From the human T2T-CHM13v2.0 reference genome, Homo sapiens, in NCBI RefSeq assembly GCF_009914755.1, contig NC_060933.1: 64,000 nt of DNA; one strand, written 5' to 3'. Positions 1 to 14,400 of this stretch are shown here, piece after piece; the stretch's first letter is position 1; each line of letters begins with the position of its first letter. Under the pieces are notes generated by a model, which saw only the letters and a program-made list of their open reading frames with translations, was not told the origin of the DNA and ran no database searches. The position numbers and the translations under genes are program-made.

Positions 1-415
1 AGGTCTGTTTCCCAAATTCCAGAATTCCTATCTGTTCCTCCCTCCCAAGATTAACATTGTTAATAATAGCAGCCTTTTAAGAGTGATTATTTTCCACTTT
101 CTAAGATGCAGCCTTACCCCATGACTTCCATTAAACAACCATATGAGAATATTCAACTAACCTTCCAAAATTATAAACACAAAATCTATCTCCAAATATT
201 TTTTGCAAGGGTTGCAAAGTTTACAAAGCGGCTACATATTCAATGCTCCTTTGACTTGATCTTTAAAACAGCCCGTGAGATAAGTAACAGCATATATGTT
301 TCACAAAGAATACCAAAAATCAAAAGGCCAAGATATAGAGAAAGGCTTGGCATCACTATTGTAAAACAAGGTCTTCTGTTCCTGAGCCCAGGTCTTACAC
401 ATCCAAGTGCAGAGG

Positions 416-478
416 TGTTTTTTTGTTTTGTTTTTTTGTTTTGTTTTGTTTTTGTTTGTTTTTTTTTGTTTTTGTCTT
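416..478. repeat. T-rich (GTTTT)n-like simple repeat
   Basis: Run of gtttt/gttt units seen directly. Confidence 0.85.
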
Positions 479-3331
479 TCTAAACTTTAGACTTTCTGAT
501 CATAAAATATAAGTGCTCTCAGTTAGTTTGTGGGGAAAACAAGAAATGAGTATGGTGATACTATAATTTACCCGGATACAAGGTCACTCACAAAATATGA
601 AACACTGTGTATATTGCTATGAGTTGTTTTGCAGAACCTTAAAAATCCAAACAAAACTCTATAAACTTTTCAGGAATAAAAACATCAAGGTGCTCACTAT
701 TCTATTGGGAAACATACAGTTTTAACTTCAGTCTACTTTAAATGAAAATAGTGAAAAGAAAAAAAAGATAATTAATTCCATTTTATTTTTTTTCTCTAAT
801 GTCTTGTTTATGCTAGTGCCCAAAAACATGTGTTGTTACTATTGGAACTCAGAAGTTTGTATGCTTATTTCCATATCAACTATTGTTTTCTCATTGGGAA
901 TAATTAATTTTCACTACTTCACTTTTATACTTATATTATTTTCTCACAGTTTCTTCTTCAATCTCAGATTCTTTAATTAGGGATTTTACTTAAAAGAGAA
1001 TGATAAAAGGAACAAAGAGATTTGATGTCAAAGCAAAGTACCTAACTGAAAAATATTCAAGTGAATTCTGTGTTTGTTATCTTAAAATAAAACTTCAAAG
1101 TAAATGGTGGAAGATATTTGGGCTCCTAACTTTTAAATATAAAAGCAAAAACAACAGAAAAAAGAAATGGTGAAAAGCCATGTGGATGAATAGTTATTTA
1201 TAATTGCACATGTTATTGCCTACTGGACTCTTTCTAGCTTTTCATTTATTTTCTTTCTGACTTTTTTACTTGGGTAGAGGGAGAATATAATTTCTGAATA
1301 GTGGGACATTATGAATAATTTCAGTACATTGCTTAAATATATTACATAAAAAGGTTTTCTTAATCAAAGGATATGATTGTGTGATACAATTGCTGACCCA
1401 CAGTACAGGACCTGGCTCCTAATGTTTAAAGATATCTGGTTACCATGACTATAATTACCATAATTTTACACCTATTAATTTTTTCTGTAGAATTAATTTC
1501 CATAACTTATGACTTGAAACAAAGACATCAGCCTTGTTCCATAGTTTCCAAGAGCAGAATTATTATAAACCTCATAAATGCCAAATGTTATTATTTTTTC
1601 TTTTTTGCTCTCTCTGAATCCTCCAAACTGGTTTCCTCTTGTTAAAATTCAAACAGCTGTGAAATGGTCAGGCGATTTCAAGACGAAAGTAAATGTGAAG
1701 TGACCTTCATCCATGCTGAACAAATAGAATATTATAAACATACTTTCCAGTTGAAGTTACACAAAGCAAATTAAGAAATACCTAGGGCTATAATTTACTA
1801 CAAAAATGTTTTTCAAATTTCTGACAGTTTCATTTAACTGACTAATTAAATTTGCTTGTAGGCATCTTAGAGATGGAGCCTAATAACTGCACTGTCAGTT
1901 GGGAAGAAAATGAAAATCACTTTTTTTGTAAGAAATATGTTTGTAATGGTCCAGGTCTCCTACTAAATATTTGACAAATATCTGTAAGTGGTTATGCCTA
2001 GTTGTATTAGATGATAATGCCAATTCTATTAAAAGGTGATTAAAAGAAAATCTCACAAGTAATAGCTTGGAAGTGTAAATGTGCTGTTTTTAAAGAATCT
2101 GCCAAGGGGAGGATTTAGAATAAATTTCCACAACATGAACAATATGCATAATTGCATATTTTGTTTACTCATTTCATAGAAATCATTATAGGAGGATGAC
2201 TCATTTTGCAGTTCTTCATTTGTGATTGTATGCCGCTTCTTCCCATGAATGGCCAAGAGCAAATCACATCCCCAGGAGTTTGTGTTTCCTAGATGCCAAA
2301 CAGATATTGTTGGGAGGACTTAGAAGTCAGTTTCCTAGTACAAGGTCTCATGTTGAGAAGGCTAATGGATTTTTGGATTTTTGGATTTGTCTCTAATGAA
2401 GCCAAAAATAGCAATTCTTTTCTGAGGCATGTTGTAAGGCTGCAAGGAAAAACATTCAAATAAAGTTTTGCAAACAGTGTCTTCAGGTGAATCTTACAAT
2501 AAAATATTCTACAATCTTCTGTAATTATACCCCAGAATTGTGGATAATGGTCAAAACACTGATTTTCTCTTTTTATTCTCTTTAGAAACAATCCAGAATC
2601 TTGGCATGCAAAATATAAAACACCTGACAGTGTTTAATAATTATCTCCTTTCATTATGTGTAATTGTGTTATTCATTTCATGAAAATGGCATTTAAAAGA
2701 AAAATGTGAAAGCTATAATTATATAATTATTTTGCCAAGTACCAATGTTAATATGTTATGTAAAAACCAGACTAGCTCAGGGTTTAAAATTTCAGTGAAT
2801 ATATATTCAAAATTATCCACATTGATTTTAGTGCCTCTTACCTCCCATTAACCTGTAATCTCTTCGAAGCCATGAATTGGTATTTGCTCATCATGGAATG
2901 CCCTTGAGCCCCTAGTATAGGACCTGACACATGGTAGTCATTTGATATGCATTTGGTGACTTGAGTTGATGGAAGTGATTAAAATGAAACTAAATTAACA
3001 GGGTGTGAAAATCAGCGAAGAGGCAAGTTGAAAAGTTAAATCCTCTGTGGTCTTTTCTAATAATTTTAGGCTTTCTCCATGATTAAAAAAGAAATCAATG
3101 CTCTAATCTGTAGCAAATATGAGAACATACTTCTCCTATAGCAAAATTTACACTATTATTGGTGTTAATAACCACGGAAAACTGGGAGGTTCTACACTTC
3201 TGATTTATTTTGCTGCACAAGAAATTTAAATTGATATGATACTTAGCCAGTCCTACCATCCCAACTTTATTTTTCACAAGCAGCTAGGAATAAAATCTTG
3301 ACCTCAGACTATACTATAACTGGAGTCTACA

Positions 3332-3786
3332 TGAGACAGGCAAGCAGGTAAGCCCTGAAATTAGGGCTAAGCCCAGGACAGTGCTCAGGAAAAAATTCAA
3401 GAGCAAGCCAGCGGTGTTAGACAACAGTCTTTAATATAACGGGATCTGCTCCTTGTAGAGCAGGGTTACTTGCTGGGCAATGCACCCAGAAGCAGAAGTT
3501 GTGGGCTGTATTTATACCCACCTTTAATGCAAATTAAGAGGAAGGCTTTGCAGAAATCTTTAGAAAAGGGGCAGTAACTCCTAGGTCCTTACCATAGAAA
3601 AGGGCAGTAACTCTGGGTCATTGCCATGACATTTGTAAACCGTCACAGAGCTGGACAGAGAGATGTATGCTAATAAGCAATGAGGGCAACTAAGGGGTTG
3701 CTTTCTATGTCATCTGCTGGTTCCAGCTGGTTTTTGCACTTCATCCTGTCAGACTAGGAAATAAGTCCTGATGATCTCTTACTTCA
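3332..3786 (-). mobile_element. Solo ERV1-class LTR (MER41/MER66-related)
   Basis: TG...CA termini flanked by 4-bp TSD TACA (3328-3331, 3787-3790); clearly similar to the LTR at 25354-26431; exact family recalled, uncertain. Confidence 0.8.
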
Positions 3787-3849
3787 TACACTCCAAATTA
3801 CACATTACATAGATATTTTAGATGGGTCATTTTTGCCATATTTCCATGG

Positions 3850-4400
3850 TTACTATCCACCAGCTAAAGACCACCAGAAACATATCTATTGTCACACAGA
3901 GTTGGGTTTATTTAGCCTACTGCAATAAGAGTATGTACCAGAGTAACCATGGGAAGTCTCAGTGAGGGGGAATTTGGAGGATGTATCTTACAGAATTTGT
4001 GTTCAATCTGGGTGATTTTAAGGCAAGCTTAGGAATGTGGGTATCAGTTTTGGATTGGATAATATCAGGAAGTGGAAACAGTTTGGTCGTAGGTTGTCTT
4101 GATTTTTTTTTTTTTTTTTTTTTTTAGCTGGGATATCTGAAATTAAGGTAGGGATATATTTGTCAGGGGTCACGAAATGACAATCACTGAAGTTAGCAAG
4201 AAGAAGGGGTAACTAGTTCTTTTGTTATATACTTTATTTGCTGAATGTATCTGTCTCTGCCTTATTCCACTATGGTTAGAGAGTGACCTTTTGTGAGTTT
4301 TGTTTATACTCCACGTTTTATACATTTAGTTTTAAACACAATAGACTGAGAGCTTCAAGCTGCCAATTTGTGAAGTTGTCTTTTACTCTCTTACAAGGCA
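3850..4400. mobile_element. Old degenerate LTR-like sequence
   Basis: Composition and motifs resemble an old ERV LTR; family not identified. Confidence 0.35.
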
Positions 4401-5052
4401 AGCTTGTTCTTTCAATGTCAGATATCCTCTTAGTCCTGTTATTTAGGAAAACCCTATAAATGGAGAAAGTTAGGTGGATATCCTTTTCCTATGGCATAAT
4501 CAAAAGCAGAATTTCAGTAGCAAAAGTCTAGGATGAGAAATAGAAATCAACTATTTATCTTGGGAAACTTTCTTTCAGGTGGAATTTCATAAAGATTCAT
4601 CAGTCTCATCAGTCTAGAATACAATCAACCTTGATAGTTACTCATTTCATATTATACTCTGTAATTATTCTTGGTATAAAAAACTTCTAATTTTACATAA
4701 AAGTAGCCTGAGGCAGTTGTTCTTATTTTCTGAAACCCAACCAGATCAGAAGAGAAAAAGTGCTCATATCAAAGCTAAGTCATTGAGAACAAGAGTGTAG
4801 ATTCAGCAGCCAATGCTGACTACCCGTGAACCAGTATCAGATTTAAATACACAAGGATGTGTAGGTAAGCTGTGTACTTTCAACCAAAACCCTTCTGACG
4901 CACACCTGTTGTTCCTTAATCAGTGTGCCTATAAAAGAGTAGAGATGGGGAATGTGCTGGGGAATAAGTGTGGATCTAATATTATTGGAAGCATAAATAA
5001 CATTTTCATTATGGATATCAATGATTCTAGCTTAAAACGTATACACACACTG

Positions 5053-5367
<315 letters not shown>

Positions 5368-6099
5368 TATACACACACTGATCTTAATTTTAGGCATAGT
5401 GAAATTTTCCAAAAGCAACGGAGCACTTCTATAATACCTAGTGGCAAACTATTTAGAACATTTTCTAGCTTACAGAATAGTGTTGACTTGACATTTTACT
5501 TTATATTTTTTGTCATTCCATTAAACTAGAATAAAAATAAGGGGCTAACAGTCTCTGATCCCTCTGATCTACGATTCTATTTTACTAGCAGATAAGTTCA
5601 AGAATAGTCCAAGGAAACTTAAAGTAGAAGCATCACATGTCGTGTTACTTCCAGCTAATCAGTACTATAGCATAATAAATTGGGATGTTAAGGACCCAGA
5701 TGAAGCAGACATTTAATTGTGAGGGCATCTTGCAAAGTAGTTTCCACTCTTCGTCAAGTATCTTTATATGGCTCATTTCCCCTCGGAAGAGGAGTATGGG
5801 TCTACTATTTAAAAAGATATAGAGTAAAGGCCTCAAGCACAACAGCAGCAAATAAAGGGGTAAATGTTGACCACGTGCATGGAATTAACAACTTGAGAGA
5901 AAAATAGAGGCAGGAGAGTTTGCTTAGCAGCAGGAGAATCTTGCTTCAATATCTGGTTTTATCAACATAAAATTTTTAAGGAAGCCTCGGCCTAAAAATT
6001 ATGAATAGATCTATAAACCAAGATTCATTTTGATTGTGAGTTATAGAAACTTTAACTAAAAGAAGAGAAAAGCGGGAGGAAGTGAATGAAGGAATGTGT

Positions 6100-6860
6100 T
6101 GATTCATGTTTCTAGGATACTGGAGATTGACCTTTAAGCACAGCTGAGTCTAGGGTCCGAAATAATATTCAGTATCAGATTATTCCTATATATTATTTTC
6201 TTTTCTTTTCTTTTCTTTTTCTGGTTCTGCTTTTCTCTGTATTGGCTTTAGCTTCAGGTAGGTTCATTACTCATGAAAATCCAGATCCTCCCCAGCAGCC
6301 CAAGAGCTTCTTCCTTTTAATTCAGCAACAGAGTAGATACTCTTCATGCCCCGTCAACAACCCCTTGGCACTAATTGTTCCCAACCATGCTGGTGGCTTC
6401 TTATAACAATAATCTGCAGTCTCCCTGCTTGGGGACTTTCTCTGGGTGCAAGAGAGAGGGCATGCTGAAAGTCTGGAGTAGTTAATGCCCCCTGGAACAG
6501 CCCTCAAGTTTAAGAGTTGTTCTTCACCATTGTCCAGAAGTTCTCAATGAGAATGAAGCCCAGATTCCCAGAGCACTAACCTCCTTTCCTTTCCTGACTT
6601 CCCCATTCCCCTGCCAATGTTCTTTTGGATCACCTCTCAAATTAACTACTTTCCCTCAAGTTTTTGTCTCAAGGTCTGCTCCTATAGGACTCCAATCTAA
6701 CATATGGAGCCTCAGAAGAAAGATTTTTTCCTTCCAGGTATTAGAAAAATATACTAAGTCTAGGGTACTCTGAAGGCCAACTCCAAGTCACATGCATTCC
6801 TTTTTGCTAAGCAAAGAACCAATATGTGTGTTTCTTACATAAAGTAATATTTGTATATTA
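6100..6860. mobile_element. Old ERVL/MaLR fragments (MLT1-like interrupted by an LTR16-like piece ~6340-6703)
   Basis: LTR16-type end 'tgtctcaaggtctgctcc...aatctaacata' and MLT1-like motifs on either side. Confidence 0.45.
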
Positions 6861-7328
6861 TAATATATGTGGAGCAGGCAAAATGTTGTAGTTTTACAAG
6901 AGTTGGGATATCTCATGAATTAAAAACCGTTGTATGAGGCAAATAATAAGAAACATCTACTTCTGGCTTCCAACATATATCAGCCAAATTACTACTGAGC
7001 TACCCAAACCCTCCACAATCGTTCAGAGTAGCATTCTAAGTCTGAATAATCCAGTATCAATTATAACCTATTTTAAGCTATTAGTTTTGGTGCCTGTATC
7101 CTGATATTGAATTAAGTCCCTTTTGGAAATTACCTTAAAAAATAGAAAACAGTATATAATATAGGTTATAGACTATAGAAAATAAACTTTTCTGTTATTA
7201 TTGATTATAAGACAAAAAATGTGCTAGACCCTGATGAAAATAAGAAAAAATGGAAACAGTACTGGCAAGTTGGGTATATGAATTCTGGTGAATTTGAGAA
7301 TAAGCTATATCTAACAAAGTGCTTTATA

Positions 7329-9712
7329 CAGGCACACCTCATTTTATTGCACTTCACTTCATTACACTTCATGGATATTGTGTTTATTACAAATTAAAGG
7401 TTTTTGGCAACCTTGCATTGGACAAGACTATTGGTGTCATTTTCCAATAACATACTCACCTCGTGTCTCTGTATCGAATTTTAGTAATTCTCTTAATATT
7501 TCAAACTTTTTTAACCTCTATAATATTGGTTATGGTGATTTGTTTTCAGTGATCTTTAATATTACTATTGTAATTTGTTAGTTGAGGGTGCTCCATGAAT
7601 TTTGCCCATGCCCATATAAGATGGCAAACTTAGTTGATAAGTGTTGTTTGTCCTGACTGGTCAGCCAGCTGGCCATTTCCCATCTCTCTCCTTGTCCTCA
7701 GCCCTTTGAAACACAATAATATTAAAATTAGACCAGTTAATAACCCAACAATGACTTCTTGGTATTCAGGTGAAGAGTCACATGTCTCTTCCTTTAACTC
7801 AGAAACTCAAAATAGTTAAGGTTAGTGAGGTAGGAATGAAGAAAGCTGAGGTAAACTGAAAGCTAGGCCTCTTGTGCCAAAAAACAAGTTGTGAATGTAA
7901 AGGAAAAGGTTTTGAAGAAAATTAAAAGTGCCACTCCAGGGAACACACAAGTGATAAGAAAGCAAAACAACCTTATTGTTGATATGGAAAAAGTTTCAGT
8001 GGTATGGATGTATGATCAAACCAGCCATGACATTTCCTTGAGCTAAAGTCTAATCAAGAGTAAGGCCCTAACTGTCTTCAATTCTATGAAGGCTGAGAGA
8101 TTAAGAAGCTGGAGAAATAAAATTTGAAGCTAGCAGTTCATGAGGTTTAAGGAAAGAACCTATTTCTGTGACGTAAAAGTATAAGGTGAAGCAGCAAGTG
8201 TTTATGGAGAGGTTGCAGCAGGTGTTTATGGAGAGGTTGCAGCAAGTTATTCCGAAGATCTAGCTAAGATTAGATTATTCATGAGGGTGGCTATACTACA
8301 GAAAAGATTTTCAATGTAGATAAAACAGCTTTCTATTAGAAGAAGATGCCATCTAAGACTTTCACAGTTAAAGTTAATGTCTGGCTTCAAAGTTTCAAGG
8401 GATAGATTGACTATCCTGTTAGGGGATAATGGAATGGTGATTTTAAATTGAAGTCAATGTAATTCAACATTCTGAAAATTCTAAAGCCCTTAGAATTATG
8501 TTAAATCTACTCTGCCTGTGCTCTGTAAATGGAAAAATAAGGCTTAGAGAACAGCACATATATTTACAGTTTGGTTTCCTGAATATTTTAAGCCCACTAT
8601 TGTGACTTACTGCACTGAGAAAGATATGCCTTTCAAAATATTACTGCTCATTGACAATGTACCTGGTCACCAAAGAGCTCTGATGGAGATGTACAAGGAG
8701 ATTAATGTTGTTTTCTTGTTTGCTAACAAAACGCTCATTCTGTATCCCATGGATTAAGAAGTAATTTTGACGTTCAAGTCTTATTGTTTAAGAAAGATAT
8801 TTCATAAGGCTATAGTTGCCATAGATAATAATTCCACTGATGGATCTGGGCAAAGTAAATTGAAAAACCATTTGGAAAGGATTCACCATTATATGCCGTT
8901 AAGACCATTTGTGATTCATGGGAGAAGGTGAAAATATCAACTTTAATAGGAGTTTGAAGAAGTTCCAACCTTATGGATGACTTTAAGACATTCAAAACTT
9001 CAGTGGAGAAAGAAACTACAGGTTACAGCGGTGGAAATAACAAACAAAATAGAATTAGAGGTGGAGCCTGAAGATGTGACTGAATTGCTGCAATCTCATA
9101 ATAAAACTTGAACAGAAGAGAAGTTACTGCTTATGGAGGAACAAAGAAGGTGGTTTCTTGAGATGGAATCTACTCCTGGTGAAGATGTTGTGAACATTGT
9201 TGAAATTATTATATAAACTTAGTTGATAAAGCAGTGGCAGAGTTTGAGAGGATTGACTCCAATTTTTAAAGAGGTTCTACTATAGATAAAATGCTATCAA
9301 ACAGCTTGGCATCGTAAAAAGAAATATTTTCTGATAGGAAGAGTCAACTGATGCAGCAAACTTCATTATTCTCTTATTTTAAGAAGATTTCACAGCCACC
9401 CAGCCTTCAGCAATCACCACCCTGATCAGTCAGCAGCCATCAACATTGTGGACAAGACCCTCCATGAGCAAAAACATTATGACTCTCCGCAATCTTCGAT
9501 AATCATTAGCATATTTTTGGCCATAAAGTATTTTAGATTAAGGTATGCACTTTGATATCTAGAAATGCTTTTCATATGTAATAGACTACAGTATAGTGGA
9601 AACATAATATATATACTAGGAAATCAAAAATTTGTTTGAATCCCTTTATTGCTGTATTTGCTTTATTGCAGTGGTCTGGAACTGAACCTGCAATATCTCT
9701 GACATATGCCTG
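7329..9712 (+). mobile_element. Tigger1 DNA transposon (TcMar/pogo), near full length, transposase disrupted
   Basis: Termini CAGGCA...TGCCTG with TA target duplication at 7327-7328 and 9713-9714; 2384 bp; body matches recalled Tigger1 consensus; no long ORF remains. Confidence 0.95.
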
Positions 9713-11251
9713 TATCAGCTCCAGTGTAAAATACTGTAAATATCTATGCAAATTGTGGCCTTTAATAAAAACATAGGAGGATGTTTCTTTTTATTTTGTT
9801 TTCATTTTTTTTAGTCAAATCTCCACTATAACCCTAAGTTCTTTCAAAGAAGCCTTGTCTCTACTGAAAGTCTTCTTAACCCTGGTGTAAGACCCATCCA
9901 TAGGGTTTATTCTAGAGTCAGATGCAGGAGTGGAAAGGCACAATTAACATCATCATTTCTATGTTGAAGAATTTACTTGATGACTGGTGGGGATGAAGAG
10001 TGAGGTAACTTTTCTAAGTCATACATATATCAGAAAAAAAAATAAGCTACGCAGTATGAAAATCAAACCTAGGGAAAGAAAATGTCCATAGGGGAGCAAT
10101 TAGCATTATGATCCTAAGTAGAAAATTCATTATTAATCATATCAAATCATTTGCTAGTTACAGAAGCAGTGAGAAGCCATGGGTCATTGGATATCACTGT
10201 GGGAGGCTAAGTAAATTCAAGTTCACCTCTGAAAGTGTGGAAACTATTTTGCTATAGAGTTCATGGGAAGATACAGGCAAAGCAATTCATACTCAACATT
10301 AGATAAAGAATTGACTGTCCTAACACTAATTTTGCTAACTAGAAAGGGTCTCTCCAACTCACCAAGGTAGACAGCTGAAGTTCTGCATAATAACATGTGC
10401 ATGTGCCTCACATCTACTGTGACATGGCTTCACAGGTACAGACTACTGAACAGGTTACATATTAAGCAGAGTTAAAGAGTTATCATTACAGTACTTATAA
10501 TGCAAAACAAACAGTATAAACAAAAAATCCTCAGCATTAGGAGGAAAAGTATATTTCATTTGGTTATCACAGAATAAGCAGCATCCCTCTGACTAAACTT
10601 CAAAATAATTAAATGGGGAAGTGCAAAATAATCTTAGAGTAATGAAAGAAAATGGAAATTATACAAAAGATAGCATATTTAATTTACGTGTCCTTTACTT
10701 TTCCTTGATTTATAGGTAACATTTTCATGGCCCTACATATATTCTGCTGTTTCAATTTTGCAACATTTCATGTTTAACTATCATTCAGGGATGAGAGAAC
10801 CTGTTGACGTTCAGCTTGATGGGTTTTGGCAATGAAGACATCAAAATCTGGGAATGTTAGATACTTAAAGAAGATTGACAGTGTTTTCTTACTGAATTAA
10901 AACAAAATAAAACAAACATTTTTAATACATGAATGATAAATGATTATTCTCCCACAGGCCTGCAGGAGGGTTAGGTCAGATCCCAGGACAGATGTGATCA
11001 AAATGCATTCTTGAGGAATGTCAAATGGTTTGTTGATTTTCCAAATGTGCACTTGGTAATTGCTTGAGTGGACATAAAGTCTACTGCAAAAGATGAGAGG
11101 AACAAGCCAAAGGATGAGAAAAAAATGATAGAGAATGTCAGCTGTGTATAAAGCGCACTCACCTTCACTCCCCTAAAAGGCTGAGAAAAGCGTAGCTATC
11201 ATACCCTGCAAGGAGGATGGAAAGGTGCCCTGGAAAGAAAACACCCAGGGT

Positions 11252-11350
11252 GTGACACTGGGCAAGTAGTATTACTTGGCTGATCCTTGTCTCTAAAATC
11301 AGAGAGTTGGATAAGGAAGTCTTTGAAGCTCCTTTCAACCCTAATATTCT
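11252..11350 (+). mobile_element. MIR fragment
   Basis: tgtgacactgggcaagt core and MIR3/c-like tail. Confidence 0.5.
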
Positions 11351-12639
11351 TTTACAGTGTGACCTTCCATAAACAGAATTCCTATTTTTTATATGCTACA
11401 GGGAAATTAAAAGAAAATGAATATACTTTATAGGGCCATTCAGTCAAATGAATCATCTGCTCTAATTCATTTTGGAAAAATGTGTGTAACATTTAGAAAG
11501 TCAACAAATCATCTGAAGACATAATAGTATCTTAGCTCTTCTTTAGGGTAGTTTTAAAGAGGAACAAATGTGGATGTGATCAAACATGACATCACTCTGC
11601 TATGGAATGCCTCCTAACCTCCCCTCCAACAATGCTGTACTTCAGAGGCAGCTAGAGAGGGAAAAGTCACTGTATTCCAGGTGTTAGAGGTGGTAGGAAA
11701 ACTGAGACACATAATGCCAGGGTTTTGTTTAAGCTTTGGCATGGATTTGAAATGTGGTCTAAAATAATTTAATAATCTCTTTATTTTAATTATTTTTCAC
11801 AAGCAAAATTTGCTTCATATCTGCTCCTGTCTTTCACAGACATATATGTTAAGGAAATTGTAAAGACAATCTGTGGAAGGCCTTGAGCTGCTCCAAAGAA
11901 GTGGCATAGAAGCATAGTGCTGTTTTTAATCATCATTATAGTGCTATTTATTTTTACTGGGTGACTCCATTTGACTTATACAGTTGGCATTACAGCAGTA
12001 AAAACAAATGTACTTTTTCCTTGGCAAAGCATTTCATATCTTCTTAGGGAAGGTAAGAGTGCCTGCTGAGCATTTCAGAAGGTGCATTTTCATGTAATTT
12101 CTCAGCTATTTAAGCTGAAGGAGCTGTTTAAACTTCTGTTTTCTGATTTTCTTTATTTCTGATATTTGAACTTCATTTCAGTTAAATCTTACTAATCTGC
12201 ACCATGCATTATTCTTATCTGTAGGTTTCAAACAAAACAATAAAGGGGTAAAAGAAAAAAATGATGGTCAGTAAAAGATTGTGTATTATATTCAAATATC
12301 AACTGTTAATACGTTGTCAATTAATAAACATTAAATGATGCTAAGATTATTTCTTATTCACAATTAAATCATGCTACTAAATTTTTCAATTCATAGAACA
12401 TTTTGAGGAACAAAAACTATTAAACATTTTATTTTATATGCAAAGCACTTGTTTGACGCTTAAATTTTGTGGCTGTATATATGAAGTCAATTGGCAATAA
12501 CAAGAATAGTAGCTTCCTATTTGCCAGGAACTCTTTTAAAAGAGGGCTTTCTATTATTATTTTCCAGGCAGTTGTGTTAACTAACTTAATATTCATAAAA
12601 ATTATTGGTTCAAATATTATTGTTACTTCATTTAAAATT

Positions 12640-12760
12640 TTAGAAAGCTAAGTCACAGAAAAGTTGAGGTGTAACTAGTTTGAGCCTAACAGCTAGTGAA
12701 GGTACAATTGGGATTTGAATGCAGGCAGTCTGGTTCCAGAGTCCACACATTGACCATAAT
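12640..12760 (-). mobile_element. MIR fragment
   Basis: gggatttgaatgcaggcagtctggttccagagtcc is the reverse complement of the MIR 5' region. Confidence 0.7.
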
Positions 12761-12904
12761 TTTATAAAGGTTCCTATCCTAAGGGAAGAAGAAATTTTCC
12801 ACTGATGTTGTGGGGAACTCTGTTACTGTAGATATGTAGTTTTATCACCAGTGTCATCTACTAAGATGTGTTCACACAGTGTTAAATAATAAATTATGAT
12901 GAGG

Positions 12905-13070
12905 AATTGGAACACAGCATTTGAGTGAGAGCTGGAAGACACAGTTTTAGTTCTGACACCTCTCTTTACTTAATGTTTCATCTAGAACAAGTTATTTAAT
13001 ATCCTTGGACCATGATTCCTCATTGGCAAAATAAAACTTTTAGGATGCAGAATCAATAAAGCTTTTTCTA
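12905..13070 (+). mobile_element. MIR fragment
   Basis: Degenerate core 'acaagttatttaat...ttcctcattggcaaaat'. Confidence 0.55.
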
Positions 13071-14199
13071 AATTATTAAATGCAGATCCACAATTACAGT
13101 GCACTTAGTTTTGTCTAAAAATAAGTGATATGAACATTTTCAGTTCAGTGGGCAAATAAACATTATTGCTATAAACACAGAGAAAAAAAAAAGTTCATTG
13201 TCATTCCATTGACGTGGTCTGGATCTTTGGTAAGGACCAGGCTGGTTCTTAAGAAAACAAAACAATAGAAGATCGGAATACCATCACAAGAGGACATATG
13301 GAAGCAATAAGAAAAACAAAATGGGTCATAGGTTTACACTTTGAGTTCAGTACACTTTTGACTGAAAAAAAGGAAAATGCCTTCATAGAAAGAATATAAA
13401 ATGCCACAAGGATATGACAAATAAACAAACCATGTTAAAGCTAAGATTTAATTACAACAAGGAAAAGGGCTTTTTCCTGACTTGCTAAACCTAGAATCAT
13501 TTGGGAGTGACATATAAACATTACAATAAATTAATCAATAGGCTTGGGTACATAGTATACTTCAAGTTTCAAATAGGAAGACCACAGCTGAGGGCGAAAG
13601 TTCCTACAGATTCTCATACTCTGGGCCATCTGTGTTGGAAGAATACTGTAGGCATCAACTTCCAAGTAGCAACACAATATAGGAATTATTAGACATTAGA
13701 GGCACTCTAAATATTCAAGTTTCATATTTTTCTGTAGTATTTTCTGTAAACAAGAGAAAGTGGGAATATGTAAGTGAACGAGAAAATGAAGTAAAGTATG
13801 TTTGCTGCAATGAAATTTTGGTAGAAATAGAGTCAGGTGCTCTAAGGCTTTGTAATGGCATCCCTGTGATAATGATCAACAAGGGTTAAGGGAGCGCCCT
13901 CCTGGGATTCACTGTGCTCTGGCATATCTTCCTCTGTCATTAATTAGAAGCACATCATCTCATATGTGCAGAAAGAAAAAAGGTTAATAGAGTCCCCAGG
14001 CATACATAAGTATTAGACTTTGGTTTAGATAAATTATGCTAACAAAGTTATCAAAGCATTCAAGATTTTCCAGTGACACCATTGCATCTGTAGAACAAAA
14101 TCCTTGAATACACACAGTCTCAAAAAATTGTCTGAATATCATGTTCTGTGAGGCATGATAGGCAAATGACACATTTGGGGATCAAATCTTGCCTTTAAA

Positions 14200-14400
14200 C
14201 ATCTCAAAACACTCTCAGACTTTATGAACTGGGAAACAACCAAACAAAATAGATAACAGTATCCCCATTTTTCATGAGGAGAAACTAAGGTTCAAGTAAA
14301 CTGAAAATTATGCGATGCCACTTGACTCTACAGTGCAGTTAGGATTTTAATCAAAGTATCATTCTGAAATTTAAATATTTTTCCATCCCACTATGATAGT
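14200..14400 (-). mobile_element. MIR fragment
   Basis: atccccatttttcatgaggagaaactaaggttca core. Confidence 0.65.

Noticed and set aside
106-483. 125-aa ORF with a Phe-rich end
   Set aside because: The C-terminus is a (GTTTT)n repeat; chance ORF
4930-4937. TATAAAAG box
   Set aside because: Common in AT-rich DNA; no CpG island or other promoter evidence
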